From a virus (taxonomy: Duplodnaviria; Caudoviricetes): a stretch of DNA of 64,000 nt. The position numbers were made by a program, and so were the translations under genes. Numbering within the stretch: the first letter of the stretch is position 1; every line of letters starts with the position of its first letter. The stretch is taken from IMG/VR virus record IMGVR_UViG_3300045747_000505. The stretch is one strand, 5' to 3'. Positions 1 through 12,213 of the stretch are shown one piece after another. The notes beneath the pieces were generated by a model. The model was not told the DNA's origin, ran no database searches, and saw only the letters and a program-made list of their open reading frames with translations.

Positions 1-1365
<1,365 letters not shown>

Positions 1366-1411
1366 GGCGTGATCAACGGGGAGGCTTCGGCCTCCACTCA
1401 CTGAGCCAACC

Positions 1412-2401
1412 ATGACTCGCAAAGCAATTCTTCTGGCCAGCAGCCTGCTCATCGCGCTGCTGGCCTTTTTTGTACTCCTCACTCAACCAACCGCTGCGGC
1501 TGAACGGCTCGGCACCGGCAACGAGACTTGGGGAGCTGACTACTTTCCAAACTACGTGCTGACCGATCAAGACGGTAAGCAACACAAGTTCTACGATGAC
1601 CTGCTCAAGAACAAGGTCGTCTCCATCAATCTGATCTTCACAAGCTGCTCAGCGACCTGTGGTCTTGAGACGGCTCGCCTTCGTGAGGTCAAGCGTCTGC
1701 TCGGTGACCGCCTTGGCAAGGACGTGTTCTTCTACTCGATCAGCATCGACCCACTCAACGACACACCCGCCGCGCTGAAGGAGTACGCCAAGCGCTTCGA
1801 TGTCGACGTCAAGGGCTGGAGGTTTCTGACTGGCAAGCCGAAGGACATCGAGGTCATTCGCCAGAAGCTGGGCATGTACGACGACCTCATTGGCGAGGAC
1901 AAGAACAAGAGCGACCACGTGCTGCACACGATGCTTGGCAATCAAGCCACTGGGCGCTGGATGAAGGGGTCGCCGTACGAGAACCCAGCCTACACGGCCG
2001 ACCAACTTGGAAGCTGGCTGCACAACTACAAGGACTATCGTGGCGACGTCGCTCGCTTCGAAGCGGCGCCAACCTATCTGCGCAATCAATCGGACGGTGA
2101 GAAGCTGTTCCGTCATCGCTGTCAGTCGTGCCACACCATTGGCAGCACTAGCGGTGATCGACCACTTGGACCAGATCTTCAAGACGTCGTGAAGCGACGC
2201 GATGCGAAGTGGTTGAGCCGTTGGTTGCGCGAGCCGAACCGAATGATCGCCGAGAAGGATCCAATCGCACTCGAGCTGCTGGCTCGCTACAAGATTCCGA
2301 TGCCGAACATCAGCCTCGATGATCACGATGTCAGACTGCTTGTTGAGTTCATGGCTGCCGAGAGCGCGCTGACACCGGACAGAAAGAACCTCAGATCATA
2401 A
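1412..2401 (+). CDS. SCO1/SenC copper chaperone fused to a cytochrome c domain
   Basis: N-terminal hydrophobic anchor, FTSCSATC (CxxxC), downstream His, then CQSCH heme-c motif and MPN axial Met. Confidence 0.9.
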   Translation: MTRKAILLASSLLIALLAFFVLLTQPTAAAERLGTGNETWGADYFPNYVLTDQDGKQHKFYDDLLKNKVVSINLIFTSCSATCGLETARLREVKRLLGDRLGKDVFFYSISIDPLNDTPAALKEYAKRFDVDVKGWRFLTGKPKDIEVIRQKLGMYDDLIGEDKNKSDHVLHTMLGNQATGRWMKGSPYENPAYTADQLGSWLHNYKDYRGDVARFEAAPTYLRNQSDGEKLFRHRCQSCHTIGSTSGDRPLGPDLQDVVKRRDAKWLSRWLREPNRMIAEKDPIALELLARYKIPMPNISLDDHDVRLLVEFMAAESALTPDRKNLRS

Positions 2402-2427
2402 TACGCTGAACCTAGATTGACCACTAG

Positions 2428-2458
2428 AGGGGTGTGACTTTTGTCACACCCCTTTTTT
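2428..2458 (+). terminator. Rho-independent terminator
   Basis: 11-bp stem aggggtgtgac/gtcacacccct, tttt loop, T-run. Confidence 0.85.
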
Positions 2459-2558
2459 GTTGGGTTCGCTTCTTAACGTTCACTTAACTCTCGGTCTCTA
2501 TAATGCAGACAGCATCGAAACGGTGCGCAAGTTCTCAAACCACCTCAAGAGGTAATCA

Positions 2559-5500
2559 ATGACAAATCGCAAGAAGTTTCACTCGAGCCCAGTCGCTCTG
2601 GCCGTCGGAACTTTCGTTGCGCTCACCACCCTATCGGCTCAAGCCGGTCCGGGCTATGGTGACGCATACGATCTCAACAACGTCCCCTTCGTCGTTCAGT
2701 CCTACTTCGCCTCCAGCCCGAGCGGTGCTCGTCTCTGGACCGACGTGCAACCCGATGGCACCACCACCGGCGTCGCCGATCCTCTGACCGGTGCACCCGC
2801 TGGCTACAGCCCCGCCAACCGTCTCGCCTATCAGGCCGCTGTCGCTGCCATGTACCCCGGCGGCTATCCCGGCACCGGCAAGGCTCTGCGCAAGTTCGTC
2901 GACCCACTGCCGCTGCCCGGCCAGGTCGTGACCCTCGCTGATGGCGTCACGAAGAAGTCGCTGACCGTCGCGTCGGCCATCAAGTGGGTGAACCCCGAGG
3001 GCGTCCTGACCGGTGACGACTACTACGAGATCGCCGTCGTCGAGTACAGCGAGAAGTTCCACAGCGACCTGCCGAAGGCTTCGACGCTGCGCGGCTACGT
3101 TCAGATCGACCACGTTGCATCGAACAGCGCTGGTGCCACCACGCTGCCTGGCTCCAAGAACCTGGCCCTCTACTACCCGAACAGCTCCGGCGTTGTCGCC
3201 TTCGCAGCCACCGACGTGGTGCCAGCCGATGCCAAGCCGATCATGATCGGTCAGACCGACGCCAACGGCAAGCTGACCGGCGTTCAAGTTCAAGCCCGCG
3301 TCTTCGAGGCACCGCACTACCTCGGTGGTTCGATCGCCGCTACTCAGAACGTCCCCGTTCGCCTCAAGTTCCTGAACCTGCTCCCAGTCGGCCGTGCCAC
3401 GCTGGACGTCAATGGCAAGGTCATCGCCCGCAACGGCGACCTGTTCCTGCCAGTCGACCCGTCAATCGCTGGTGCCGGCTTCGGTCCCGATGGCATGACG
3501 CAGTACACGCAGAACCGCGCCAACGTTCACCTTCACGGTGGCGACACGGCATGGATCAGCGATGGCACTCCGCACCAGTGGATCACGCCGGCCGGCGAAG
3601 CCGACGCAACCGTCGCTGGCTCGCTCGCCGCTGACCCGACCATCGACCCGACCATCCTCGGCAACTTCGTGCGCGGTGTCAGCGCCGTCAACGTGCCGGA
3701 CATGAACGACCCGGGCGCTGGCGCCCAGACACTGTACTTCCCGAACGGCCAATCGGCCCGCTTCGAGTGGTATCACGACCACTCGCTCGGCATCACACGC
3801 CTGAACGTGATGGCCGGTATCGCCGCCGGCTACTTCCTCACCGACGCCGTCGAAGCCGACCTCATCGCTCGCAAGGTCATCCCCGATGGCGCTCACACGC
3901 TGCCGCTGGTGCTGCAAGAGAAGTCCTTCGTGCCCGCCGACATCGCGCTGCAAGACGCTCGCTGGGATACGGCCGCTTGGGGTTCCAATGGCGACCTGTG
4001 GTACCCGCACGTCTATGAGACCGTGCAAGATCCGGGTCAAGCGACCAACTTCAACGCGGTTGGTCGTTGGCACTGGGGTCCGTGGTTCTGGCCTTCGTTC
4101 CCGTCGCTGTACAACCTGCCGACCGGCGTCTATGGTGACGTGACCACCGTGCCCGAAGCCTGGGGTGATACCGCGCTCGTCAATGGCGTGGCCTACCCGA
4201 CCGTGGCCGTCGACCCGACGGCCTATCGTCTGCGCATCCTCAACGCGTCCAACGACCGCTTCTTCACGTTCAACATGTTCGTGGCAGACAGCACCGTGAC
4301 GGCCGATGACGGCCGCACCAACACCGAAGTCAAGATGGTGCCTGTCAACTCGTGGACCACGCTGTGCGCCCCCGGTGTGACGAAGTCTGACGGCGTCTGC
4401 ACGCCCGATACCTGGTCCACCGACGTCTATGGCCACAACGGCGGCGTCCCCGATGCCACCACACAAGGCCCGACCTTCTATCAGATCGCATCTGAAGGTG
4501 GTCTGCTGCCTGGCGTTGCGACCAAGGACTCGATGCCCGTCTCGTACCTGCTCGACAAGGGTCGTGCCGCCGTGCTGAACGTCGACTACGGCGCCTCCGG
4601 CCTGCACCTCGGCAACGCCGAACGTGCCGATGGCATCGTCGACTTCTCGGCCTACGCTGGCAAGACGCTGATCGTGTACAACGACTCTGGCGCTCCCGTC
4701 CCGGCCGCCGACCCGCGCAACGAGTACTTCACCGGCTACGGCGACAACTCGGCCACTGGCGGCGCTGAAGACACGCGTCCTGGCTACGGCCCGAACACAC
4801 GCACGCTGATGCAGATCGTGGTTCGTCCGACGGCCATCGGCCCGGTTGCTGCCCCGCTCAACAAGGCTGCACTCGACGCTGAAATCAAGACCGCCTACAA
4901 GGCTTCGCAACCGGCACCCGTCGTCGCTCAGTCCGCCTACAACGGCGCGCTCGGCACCACGTGGACCGACACCAAGGCCTTCGCCTCGATCTACACCGGC
5001 TCGCTCAAGTCGCCAACGTTCGACTTCGTGCCCGGCAGCCTGATCCCAGCGCTGTTCAACTCGATCCTCGTGTCCAACATGGGTGCCGGCTATCTGACGC
5101 CGCCCGATGTCACGCTGACCGGTGGTGGCGGTACTGGCGCAACGGCCACCGCATCGCTGAAGATCGACAAGCTGCACGTCGTCAATGGTGGCAGCGGCTA
5201 CACCGTCGCTCCGACCGTGACCATCACGTCGCTCGGCAAGGGCTCTGGTGCTGGCGCTACGACCACGCTGAAGGTGAACGCGATCAAGATCACCGCTGGT
5301 GGTGCTGGCTACAGCAGCACGAAGCCGCCGGTCGTGACGTTCGCCAAGCCGTCCGGCTTCACGCTCGCCGCTGATGGCCGCACTCGCGTCCCTGGTGTTC
5401 AGGCAACTGGCACCGCCGTCGTGAGCACCACTGGCACGATCACTGGCATCACCGTGACGAACGCCGGCTCTGGCTACGCTTCGGCTCCGACCGTGACCTT

Positions 5501-7313
5501 CTCCAGCGTCGGCACCACCGGCACTGGCGCTCGTGCCACGACCACCGGCTCCGTCGCCGCGCTGCTGCTGAACATCCCTGATCCGCTGAACCCTGGCACT
5601 GCTGGCGGTGGTGGCTACGACAACCTCGTGACCCTCGCAACCGTGGACGCTACCTCGACCGTCGCTGGTCTGACCATCACGCTGACCGCTCCGCCGGTTG
5701 GTGGTGTGACTGCTACGGCTGGTGCGACTGGCAAGGTCTTCGACATCACCTTCACGAACCTCGGCAAGAACTACACCTCGGCTCCGACCGTGGCTGTGAC
5801 GGCTCCCGTCGCCAACACCGTGCTCGCCGCACCGCTGGTCACAGCAGCTGCGTCGACCGATACGGCCGCTGGTGTTCCGCAAGGTCGAATCCTCGTCAAG
5901 ACCAAGGCGATTCAGGAGCTCTTCGAGCCGACCTACGGCCGACTCAACGCTACGCTGGGTGTCGAGATTCCGTTCACTAGCGCGCTGACACAGACGACGA
6001 TCCCGCTGGGTTACGTCGATCAGGCGACCGAAGAATTCGCCGACGGTGAAGTTCAGATCTGGAAGATCACGCACAACGGTGTGGACAGCCACCCAGTGCA
6101 CTTCCACCTGCTCAACGTGCAGCTGATCAACCGCGTGGGTTGGGACAACTTCGTCACGCCGCCCGAGCCGAACGAGTTGGGCTGGAAGGAGACGGTCAAG
6201 ATGTCGCCGCTGGAAGACGTGATCGTCGCTGTTCGCGCCAAGAAGCCGACGCTGCCCGGCTTCGGTCTGCCGAACAGCCAGCGCCTGCAAGATCCGACGC
6301 AGCCCGAAGGTGCGATGACCGGCTTCACGCAGATCGACCCGAACACTGGTCTGCCGGCTCCGATGACCAACATGTTCGTCGACTACGGTTGGGAATACGT
6401 CTGGCACTGCCACATCCTCGGCCACGAAGAAAACGACTTCATGCGCGCCATCAAGTTCAACGCCAACGAAGCGATGCCAATCGCCGGCGTGCTGACTGGT
6501 GTGCAAGCTGGTTCGACCGTGGCGCTGAACTGGACCGACCTGTCGCAGACCGAGTTCATGTACCGCGTCGAGCGTGCTGCCCCTGGTGGTACGGTCTGGA
6601 CGGTGCTCGACAACCTGCTGGCCAACAGCACGAAGTACGTCGACCTCACGGCCGGTCTCAACGCGAACTACGACTACCGCGTCGTCGCAGTGGGTCAAGC
6701 TGGTGAAGTCGCTTCGAACGTGGTCGCAGTTCGCTCGATGCCGTCTGGTCTCGGTGCTCTGACCTTCGTGCCGCGCACCATTGCTCCAGTGACTCTCAAC
6801 TGGGGTGACGCAACCGCCGAGACGTCGTATCAAGTTCAACGTGCCGTCAGCGGTTCGACGAACTTCGCTACGATCGCCACGCTGGCTGCCGATGCCGTGA
6901 CCTACACCGACAACACCGCCGTGGGCACCACGGCCTACGTCTACCGTGTCATCGCGCTGAACGCCTCGGGTCAAGCCGTGTCGAACACCGTCAATGTGCC
7001 GATCGTGCCGCTAGCTCTGCCTGGCGCTCCGAGAAGCCTGAATGGCAACAAGACGAACATCAACGCTTCGATGGCTCGCATCACGTTGACCTGGCGCGCT
7101 CCGACCACCGGTGGTGCAGTGGCTTCGTACATCATTCAGTCGTGCTCCGGCCCGACGAACTGCACGAACTTCACGCAGCTTGCCACGACGGCGAACCTGA
7201 CCTACACAACCGGTCAAGTCAACCGTGGAACGCCGTTCAGCTTCCGCATCCAGGCGGTGAATGCCGCTGGCAAGTCGACGACGTTCAGCAACGTGTTCCG
7301 CGTCACACCGTAA
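2559..7313 (+). CDS. Large secreted multicopper oxidase with C-terminal fibronectin type III domains (MofA/OmpB-like)
   Basis: Signal peptide; all four MCO motifs ([28 protein letters not shown]); FN3 repeats (LNWTD..YRV..Y.YRV.A) at the C-terminus; 1584 aa. Confidence 0.9.
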   Translation: MTNRKKFHSSPVALAVGTFVALTTLSAQAGPGYGDAYDLNNVPFVVQSYFASSPSGARLWTDVQPDGTTTGVADPLTGAPAGYSPANRLAYQAAVAAMYPGGYPGTGKALRKFVDPLPLPGQVVTLADGVTKKSLTVASAIKWVNPEGVLTGDDYYEIAVVEYSEKFHSDLPKASTLRGYVQIDHVASNSAGATTLPGSKNLALYYPNSSGVVAFAATDVVPADAKPIMIGQTDANGKLTGVQVQARVFEAPHYLGGSIAATQNVPVRLKFLNLLPVGRATLDVNGKVIARNGDLFLPVDPSIAGAGFGPDGMTQYTQNRANVHLHGGDTAWISDGTPHQWITPAGEADATVAGSLAADPTIDPTILGNFVRGVSAVNVPDMNDPGAGAQTLYFPNGQSARFEWYHDHSLGITRLNVMAGIAAGYFLTDAVEADLIARKVIPDGAHTLPLVLQEKSFVPADIALQDARWDTAAWGSNGDLWYPHVYETVQDPGQATNFNAVGRWHWGPWFWPSFPSLYNLPTGVYGDVTTVPEAWGDTALVNGVAYPTVAVDPTAYRLRILNASNDRFFTFNMFVADSTVTADDGRTNTEVKMVPVNSWTTLCAPGVTKSDGVCTPDTWSTDVYGHNGGVPDATTQGPTFYQIASEGGLLPGVATKDSMPVSYLLDKGRAAVLNVDYGASGLHLGNAERADGIVDFSAYAGKTLIVYNDSGAPVPAADPRNEYFTGYGDNSATGGAEDTRPGYGPNTRTLMQIVVRPTAIGPVAAPLNKAALDAEIKTAYKASQPAPVVAQSAYNGALGTTWTDTKAFASIYTGSLKSPTFDFVPGSLIPALFNSILVSNMGAGYLTPPDVTLTGGGGTGATATASLKIDKLHVVNGGSGYTVAPTVTITSLGKGSGAGATTTLKVNAIKITAGGAGYSSTKPPVVTFAKPSGFTLAADGRTRVPGVQATGTAVVSTTGTITGITVTNAGSGYASAPTVTFSSVGTTGTGARATTTGSVAALLLNIPDPLNPGTAGGGGYDNLVTLATVDATSTVAGLTITLTAPPVGGVTATAGATGKVFDITFTNLGKNYTSAPTVAVTAPVANTVLAAPLVTAAASTDTAAGVPQGRILVKTKAIQELFEPTYGRLNATLGVEIPFTSALTQTTIPLGYVDQATEEFADGEVQIWKITHNGVDSHPVHFHLLNVQLINRVGWDNFVTPPEPNELGWKETVKMSPLEDVIVAVRAKKPTLPGFGLPNSQRLQDPTQPEGAMTGFTQIDPNTGLPAPMTNMFVDYGWEYVWHCHILGHEENDFMRAIKFNANEAMPIAGVLTGVQAGSTVALNWTDLSQTEFMYRVERAAPGGTVWTVLDNLLANSTKYVDLTAGLNANYDYRVVAVGQAGEVASNVVAVRSMPSGLGALTFVPRTIAPVTLNWGDATAETSYQVQRAVSGSTNFATIATLAADAVTYTDNTAVGTTAYVYRVIALNASGQAVSNTVNVPIVPLALPGAPRSLNGNKTNINASMARITLTWRAPTTGGAVASYIIQSCSGPTNCTNFTQLATTANLTYTTGQVNRGTPFSFRIQAVNAAGKSTTFSNVFRVTP

Positions 7314-7341
7314 TCGAAAGACCGCTCAGGCGGTCTCCTGT

Positions 7342-7367
7342 AAAGGGCTCCTTCGGGAGCCCTTTTT
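7342..7367 (+). terminator. Rho-independent terminator
   Basis: gggctcc-ttcg-ggagccc followed by ttttt. Confidence 0.85.
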
Positions 7368-7483
7368 GCGTTTGAACCTAACCTAAAAACAGACAACATG
7401 GGGTCGACGCCCGATATATAATAAGAGCATGCTGAGAACACAGAGTTCGAAGCGCTTCACAAGTCAACTCGAGGAGCTCGAAC

Positions 7484-8137
7484 ATGACGACCAAGGTTCA
7501 CTACCTCTACAAGACTGTCTGTCAAGCGACTGGTCGGTTCTATGTAGGAATGCACAGCACTACGAACATCGACGATGGATACATAGGTTCAGGTGACCTG
7601 TTGCAAGCGTCCGTCAAAAAATACGGCAAAGCGGCGCATGTAAAACAGATCCTCGAGATGCTCCCGTCTCGTGAGGCGCTGAAGCTCGCCGAAAAGGCGC
7701 TGATCACCGAAGACCTTCTAAAGGATCGTCGGTGTATGAATGTTGCACCAGGCGGAGGAGGCGGGCGACACGCCGGCTTTACGCATGATGAGGCCACCAA
7801 ACAGAAGATCGGCAAGAACACCCGTTCGCGCGACACGATGGTTCGTGAGAAAATATCTCGTGCGTTGGTTGGACGCACCAACGATGAACATTCTGCTCGC
7901 CAACTCGCCAGGTTTGCAGACAAATCCAATCATCCAAAAACCAAAACGCTGTGCTTGACATCGCCGGATGGAGCTTCTGCATCATTCGTTGGCTACGAAG
8001 CATTTTACACTCGATGCAAAGAGCTCTCAATCTCTGCAACGCGATTGATCAAGTTCTTTGGATCCGCAGTGCCAGACGGCACTGTCAAGGGCGGTAAAAC
8101 CGTCACACATAATACCATTGGCTGGAGCCTCAAATGA
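7484..8137 (+). mobile_element. Free-standing GIY-YIG (Seg-like) homing endonuclease
   Basis: YLYKTVCQATGRFYVGMHSTTNIDDGYIGSG; more AT-rich than neighbours; ATGA overlap with nadM. Confidence 0.85.
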
Positions 8138-9279
8138 AAGATGTCTGCGTATATGTCGGTCGCTTCTCGCCGTTCCACCTGGGCCACGCCTACGTGCTCG
8201 AACAGGCTCTGAAAAGCTACAAGCTGGTTGTCGTGCTGGTCGGATCGTCCGACAAGGCTCGCACGCCCCGCAATCCGTTCACCTTCGACGAACGGCGTGA
8301 CATGATCTACAGTTGGGCCGGCATGCCTGACAACCTCATCGTTCTGCCGATGCGCGACTTCGCCTCCAACAACATGTGGATCAAGTCGGTGCAGGCAACC
8401 GTGAAGGGTGCCATCAAGAACTTCTGCCATCCGCGTCGCCTGATCCTCACGGACATCTACTTGACCGGCTCTGATCGCGACGACACGACCTGGTATCTGA
8501 ACGCCTTCCCGCAGTGGAAGACTGACCTGCTCCCGCCGCGCCAGCACAACCCAGGCACCGCCAACGACCTGAGCGCGACGAGCGTTCGCGAGGTTCTGTA
8601 CGAGACGCCTGATCGCTTGATCGCCACCAACGTGCTGCGGCTGATGAACAAGCTGCCGCTGTCCACCGTCAAGTTCCTCGAGAACTTCGTGACTCGCGAG
8701 GACTCGCCGATCTGGGCGCTGCGCAAGGAGTACGAGTTCGTCGCCAAGTCGAAGGCAGCCTGGGCCGGTGCGCCGTACCCAGTGAACTTCATGGCCGCCG
8801 ACGCCGTCATCATTCAGTCTGGCCACGTGCTCGTCGTCAAGCGCGGGAACTATCCAGGCTACGGCCTCTGGGCTCTGCCTGGCGGCTACGTGAACGTCAA
8901 TGAGCGCATTCGTGCTGCCGCTGTTCGTGAGGCCATGGAGGAGACCGGCATTCGCCTCACCACCGGCAAGCGCGCTGAAGAGCTGACCCGAATCATGCTC
9001 AACAGCTCCATTCGGGATCATGAGATCTTTGATGACCCGAAGCGTAGCGAACGTGGTAGAATGATCACCGTAGCGTATCTGATGCGCCTCGATGACACGA
9101 AGCCGCTACCCGCCGTGGCTGGACAGAAGATTCCCTTCTACGAGGCCGATGGCAAGGACGAGCTCGAGACCCTCGAGGTGATCTGGCTCCCGCTCGACCG
9201 AGCATTCGACAATCCGACCAACTGGTTCGAAGACCACCTGCAGATCCTTCAATGGGGTGCAGATCAACTGGATGACTGA
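8134..9279 (+). CDS. nadM: Bifunctional NMN adenylyltransferase / ADP-ribose pyrophosphatase (NadM-Nudix)
   Basis: GRFSPFHLGH (HxGH), SATSVRE, Nudix box GGYVNVNERIRAAAVREAMEETG. Confidence 0.92.
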   Translation: MKDVCVYVGRFSPFHLGHAYVLEQALKSYKLVVVLVGSSDKARTPRNPFTFDERRDMIYSWAGMPDNLIVLPMRDFASNNMWIKSVQATVKGAIKNFCHPRRLILTDIYLTGSDRDDTTWYLNAFPQWKTDLLPPRQHNPGTANDLSATSVREVLYETPDRLIATNVLRLMNKLPLSTVKFLENFVTREDSPIWALRKEYEFVAKSKAAWAGAPYPVNFMAADAVIIQSGHVLVVKRGNYPGYGLWALPGGYVNVNERIRAAAVREAMEETGIRLTTGKRAEELTRIMLNSSIRDHEIFDDPKRSERGRMITVAYLMRLDDTKPLPAVAGQKIPFYEADGKDELETLEVIWLPLDRAFDNPTNWFEDHLQILQWGADQLDD

Positions 9280-9282
9280 ACA

Positions 9283-10656
9283 ATGACCACCGACTGGCAC
9301 TACCACAACGATTGGGCGTCGTCACCAGCTGATCGCAACACCTTCGCAGACCGTGAAGCGCAGCGTCTTCAAGGACGACAGAGCGCCGCGCTGCCGACCT
9401 GGAACTTCGACGACACTCCGGCGAGCGACACCCCATCCAAGACCCGGTGGCGCTTCAACGATGGGCCGTGGCAGTATCCAGTAGGAACAAACAACATGAT
9501 CAACGACCGCGTTCTCAAGCACTACCTGGCGCAGTGGATCCACAAGCATGGCTGCGTGACTATCAACAATGATCCTGAAGACGACATCGAAGACACGCTC
9601 GCGCAAGCCATGGCCGACACCGCCTCGTTGCGTGCGGCTGGCTTCATTCGGCCGGATCAGCACGCGTGTGAAGCCGCGTATCATCACTCGATGGCCTATG
9701 CTCATGTGGAGTCCATTTATCACGATCTCTACTATGATGCATCCGCCGACTGCTACAAGACTCCAGAATCCAATCCATCAGCGCGCTGGCCTACGGCTGA
9801 TGGTTCTACAACGGCCGACAAAGGAAACGCAATGAGCAATACCTCCAATCTGTTCGGCAACATGCCGGGCTCCAGCAAGTTCATGGATCGCCTCTTCAAG
9901 AAGGCGGACAACATCGTCTGGGATCTGATGACCGGCCGCGTCGGCATTCAGACCGCCGATGGCATCGCCACCCTCGAGGGCGATGGCGATGACGCGCAGA
10001 TCACCATCAACCTGATGGACCAGTTCGGCATGGGCATTCCGGCCTTCGCCCAATCGACCCCGATCAGCGCCGTCAATGTCGGCGACATCATCTTCTTCGG
10101 CGCCAAGGACGCACCGGGCTGGGTCATCGAGAAGAAGGGCAACGTCATCACGACGCCGGGCACTGCCGCCAAGCGTGGCTCCAAGGGTGTTCCGGCCGTG
10201 GCCGCAGTAGCGCCGACCGTCACCGTGACCTCGCCGAAGTTCGTGCTGATGAAGGTCGACGGCACCCGCTCGACCTGGACCCCGCCGAAGGTCTCCATGC
10301 TCGGCATGGACAGCGGCGTGATGGTGCTGCGCTCGCTGATGTCGATGCTGCCTGGCGGCCAAGCCGGTCTGCAAGGCATGCAGTCGATGCTGATGCCGAT
10401 GATGATGTCCGGCATGATGGGCGACGGTGATGACGGTGGCATGAACATGGAAGCCATGATCCCGATGATGCTGATGGGCCAGCAGCAAGCGCCGCTGGTT
10501 CAGGCTGCCGACGGCACCGTCGTCGCCGCTCCGAACCCGATGGCCCAGATGATGCCGATGATGGCTGTGATGGCCATGATGAAGAAGATGAACAACGGCG
10601 GTGGCAACGGCAACTCGAACAGCGGCAACGGCGGTAAGCGCAGCCCTTTCAACTGA
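9283..10656 (+). CDS. Hypothetical protein with Met/Gly-rich C-terminus; possible internal start at 9832
   Basis: 457-aa ORF. AAGGA precedes an in-frame ATG at 9832; low-complexity MMPMM tracts. Confidence 0.6.
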   Translation: MTTDWHYHNDWASSPADRNTFADREAQRLQGRQSAALPTWNFDDTPASDTPSKTRWRFNDGPWQYPVGTNNMINDRVLKHYLAQWIHKHGCVTINNDPEDDIEDTLAQAMADTASLRAAGFIRPDQHACEAAYHHSMAYAHVESIYHDLYYDASADCYKTPESNPSARWPTADGSTTADKGNAMSNTSNLFGNMPGSSKFMDRLFKKADNIVWDLMTGRVGIQTADGIATLEGDGDDAQITINLMDQFGMGIPAFAQSTPISAVNVGDIIFFGAKDAPGWVIEKKGNVITTPGTAAKRGSKGVPAVAAVAPTVTVTSPKFVLMKVDGTRSTWTPPKVSMLGMDSGVMVLRSLMSMLPGGQAGLQGMQSMLMPMMMSGMMGDGDDGGMNMEAMIPMMLMGQQQAPLVQAADGTVVAAPNPMAQMMPMMAVMAMMKKMNNGGGNGNSNSGNGGKRSPFN

Positions 10657-10742
10657 CGCTGGCCGACGAGGACAAGGTCGAGGACGAGCGAAGCCGGTAT
10701 CTTGACGGCATCAATCAACTCGACCGGTCAGTCAGCGATAGT

Positions 10743-11129
10743 TTGGGTCCAACAATCACCGTCACTGGGCTGACGAAGAACGCAGCGGCGCGTCGCGTCA
10801 TTCTGGATGCCTCACACGAAGCCTACGCTGTTGACCAGTGCCTGTTCCTCGTCGCTGACGTGAACAACCCGTTCAACAAGGAAGGTGTGATGCTGCACGA
10901 CGGCAAGGCCAAGATTGGCGTTGTGCACAGCACCGACAAGGCTCGAGCAGTACGCAAGTACCTCGACGAGCTGAGCGCTAAGCTAGGCTATGACGTGGTG
11001 CTGGTGGTTTCATCGCCACCGCTTGGCAAGGAGTTCCTCGGGTTCACGTCGCTGAACGTGCACATCGAGGGTTATGTCTATGAACGGTACGCGCGCAAGT
11101 TCGCCGCTGTCGTTCGATCGAAGGAGTAA
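10743..11129 (+). CDS. Hypothetical protein, HIRAN-like
   Basis: DVNNPFNKEGVML...KIGVV resembles the HIRAN NPxDxNAV...IGYV signature. Confidence 0.45.
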   Translation: MGPTITVTGLTKNAAARRVILDASHEAYAVDQCLFLVADVNNPFNKEGVMLHDGKAKIGVVHSTDKARAVRKYLDELSAKLGYDVVLVVSSPPLGKEFLGFTSLNVHIEGYVYERYARKFAAVVRSKE

Positions 11130-11132
11130 ATC

Positions 11133-12038
11133 ATGGGTGGTGGAACCTGGTCAAGCGCATCGTACGACACGTACGCGCGCACAACGAACTATCAAACGGC
11201 GCCGCAAGAGAAGGTCTTCTCGCGGTACATGAACGCTGCGCTTGACCCGCGCAACATTCGCGTCGGCGCTGGTCCGAACGTCGGTCGTCAACTGCGCGAG
11301 AGCTGCGACAGCCCCGAGAACCCGAAGTCAACGCCGATCATCCTCGGCCTCGACGTCACTGGCTCCATGGGCGAGATCGCTGAGCAGATCGCCAAGATCG
11401 AGCTGCCGAAGCTGATGACGCAGATCCACGAGACCAGCGTGGTCAAGGACCCGCACGTCATGTTCATGGGCCTCGATGACGTCTACGCTCAAGGCCACGG
11501 CGCGCTGCAAGTGTCGCAGTTCGAGCCGGACATTCGCATCGTCGAACAGCTTCGTCAGATGTGGCTGGTCAAGAACGGTGGTGGCAACGGCAGCGAGAGC
11601 TACGACCTGGCCTGGTACTTCGCAGCCAACTACACTGTTGCCGACAGCTACGAGAAGCGTGGCAACCGTGGTTTCCTGTTCACGTTCGGCGACGAGCCGG
11701 CACCGTTTCAAACGATGTCGACGCACGACCTCGAAACGATCTTCGGACCTGGTCAGTACGAGAGCGCGAAGCCGGCCGACAGCCTGCGCGCCGCTCAAGA
11801 GAAGTATCGCGTCTTCCACATCATCGTCGAGCGCGGTGGTCGTGATCGCAAGACGCACGCGTCGTGGACCGAGATGCTCGGCGACAACGCGATCTTCCTG
11901 CGCAACCCGGCGTACCTCACCGAGGTCGTGCTGGCGACGATGTGCATCGCGAACGGCGAGGACATTCACGAGGTCATCAACTCGTCGGACCATCCCGACA
12001 CGCTGACCTACGCGTTTCAGAACGCTCTGCAAGGGTAA
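11133..12038 (+). CDS. vWA domain protein
   Basis: MIDAS-type LDVTGSMG; GGGNGSESY; FTFGDE. Confidence 0.8.
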   Translation: MGGGTWSSASYDTYARTTNYQTAPQEKVFSRYMNAALDPRNIRVGAGPNVGRQLRESCDSPENPKSTPIILGLDVTGSMGEIAEQIAKIELPKLMTQIHETSVVKDPHVMFMGLDDVYAQGHGALQVSQFEPDIRIVEQLRQMWLVKNGGGNGSESYDLAWYFAANYTVADSYEKRGNRGFLFTFGDEPAPFQTMSTHDLETIFGPGQYESAKPADSLRAAQEKYRVFHIIVERGGRDRKTHASWTEMLGDNAIFLRNPAYLTEVVLATMCIANGEDIHEVINSSDHPDTLTYAFQNALQG

Positions 12039-12041
12039 GCG

Positions 12042-12212
12042 ATGTCCGACCAGCGCATCTCGAAGTATTCCATTCTGGTGGCCGAGACCACTCGCGACCT
12101 TGCGCGGATGGTCGATGAAGAGCTGAAAAAGGGTTGGCAGCCGTTTGGCTCCGTCTATCTGAATGAGCAGGGCTTTCCTTGCCAACCCGTCATTCGTTAT
12201 CTAGGGACTTGA
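12042..12212 (+). CDS. Small DUF1737-like protein (not in the ORF track)
   Basis: Manual translation MSDQRISKYSILVAETTRDLARMVDEELKKGWQPFGSV...; fills the gap between the vWA and PurA-like genes. Confidence 0.55.
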   Translation: MSDQRISKYSILVAETTRDLARMVDEELKKGWQPFGSVYLNEQGFPCQPVIRYLGT

Positions 12213-12213
12213 C

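Noticed and set aside
3462-6974. 1170-aa minus-strand ORF and many other long antisense ORFs (502, 8005, 11328, 12190, 48166)
   Set aside because: They are shadows of GC-rich + strand genes with biased third positions, and have no motifs or SD sequences.
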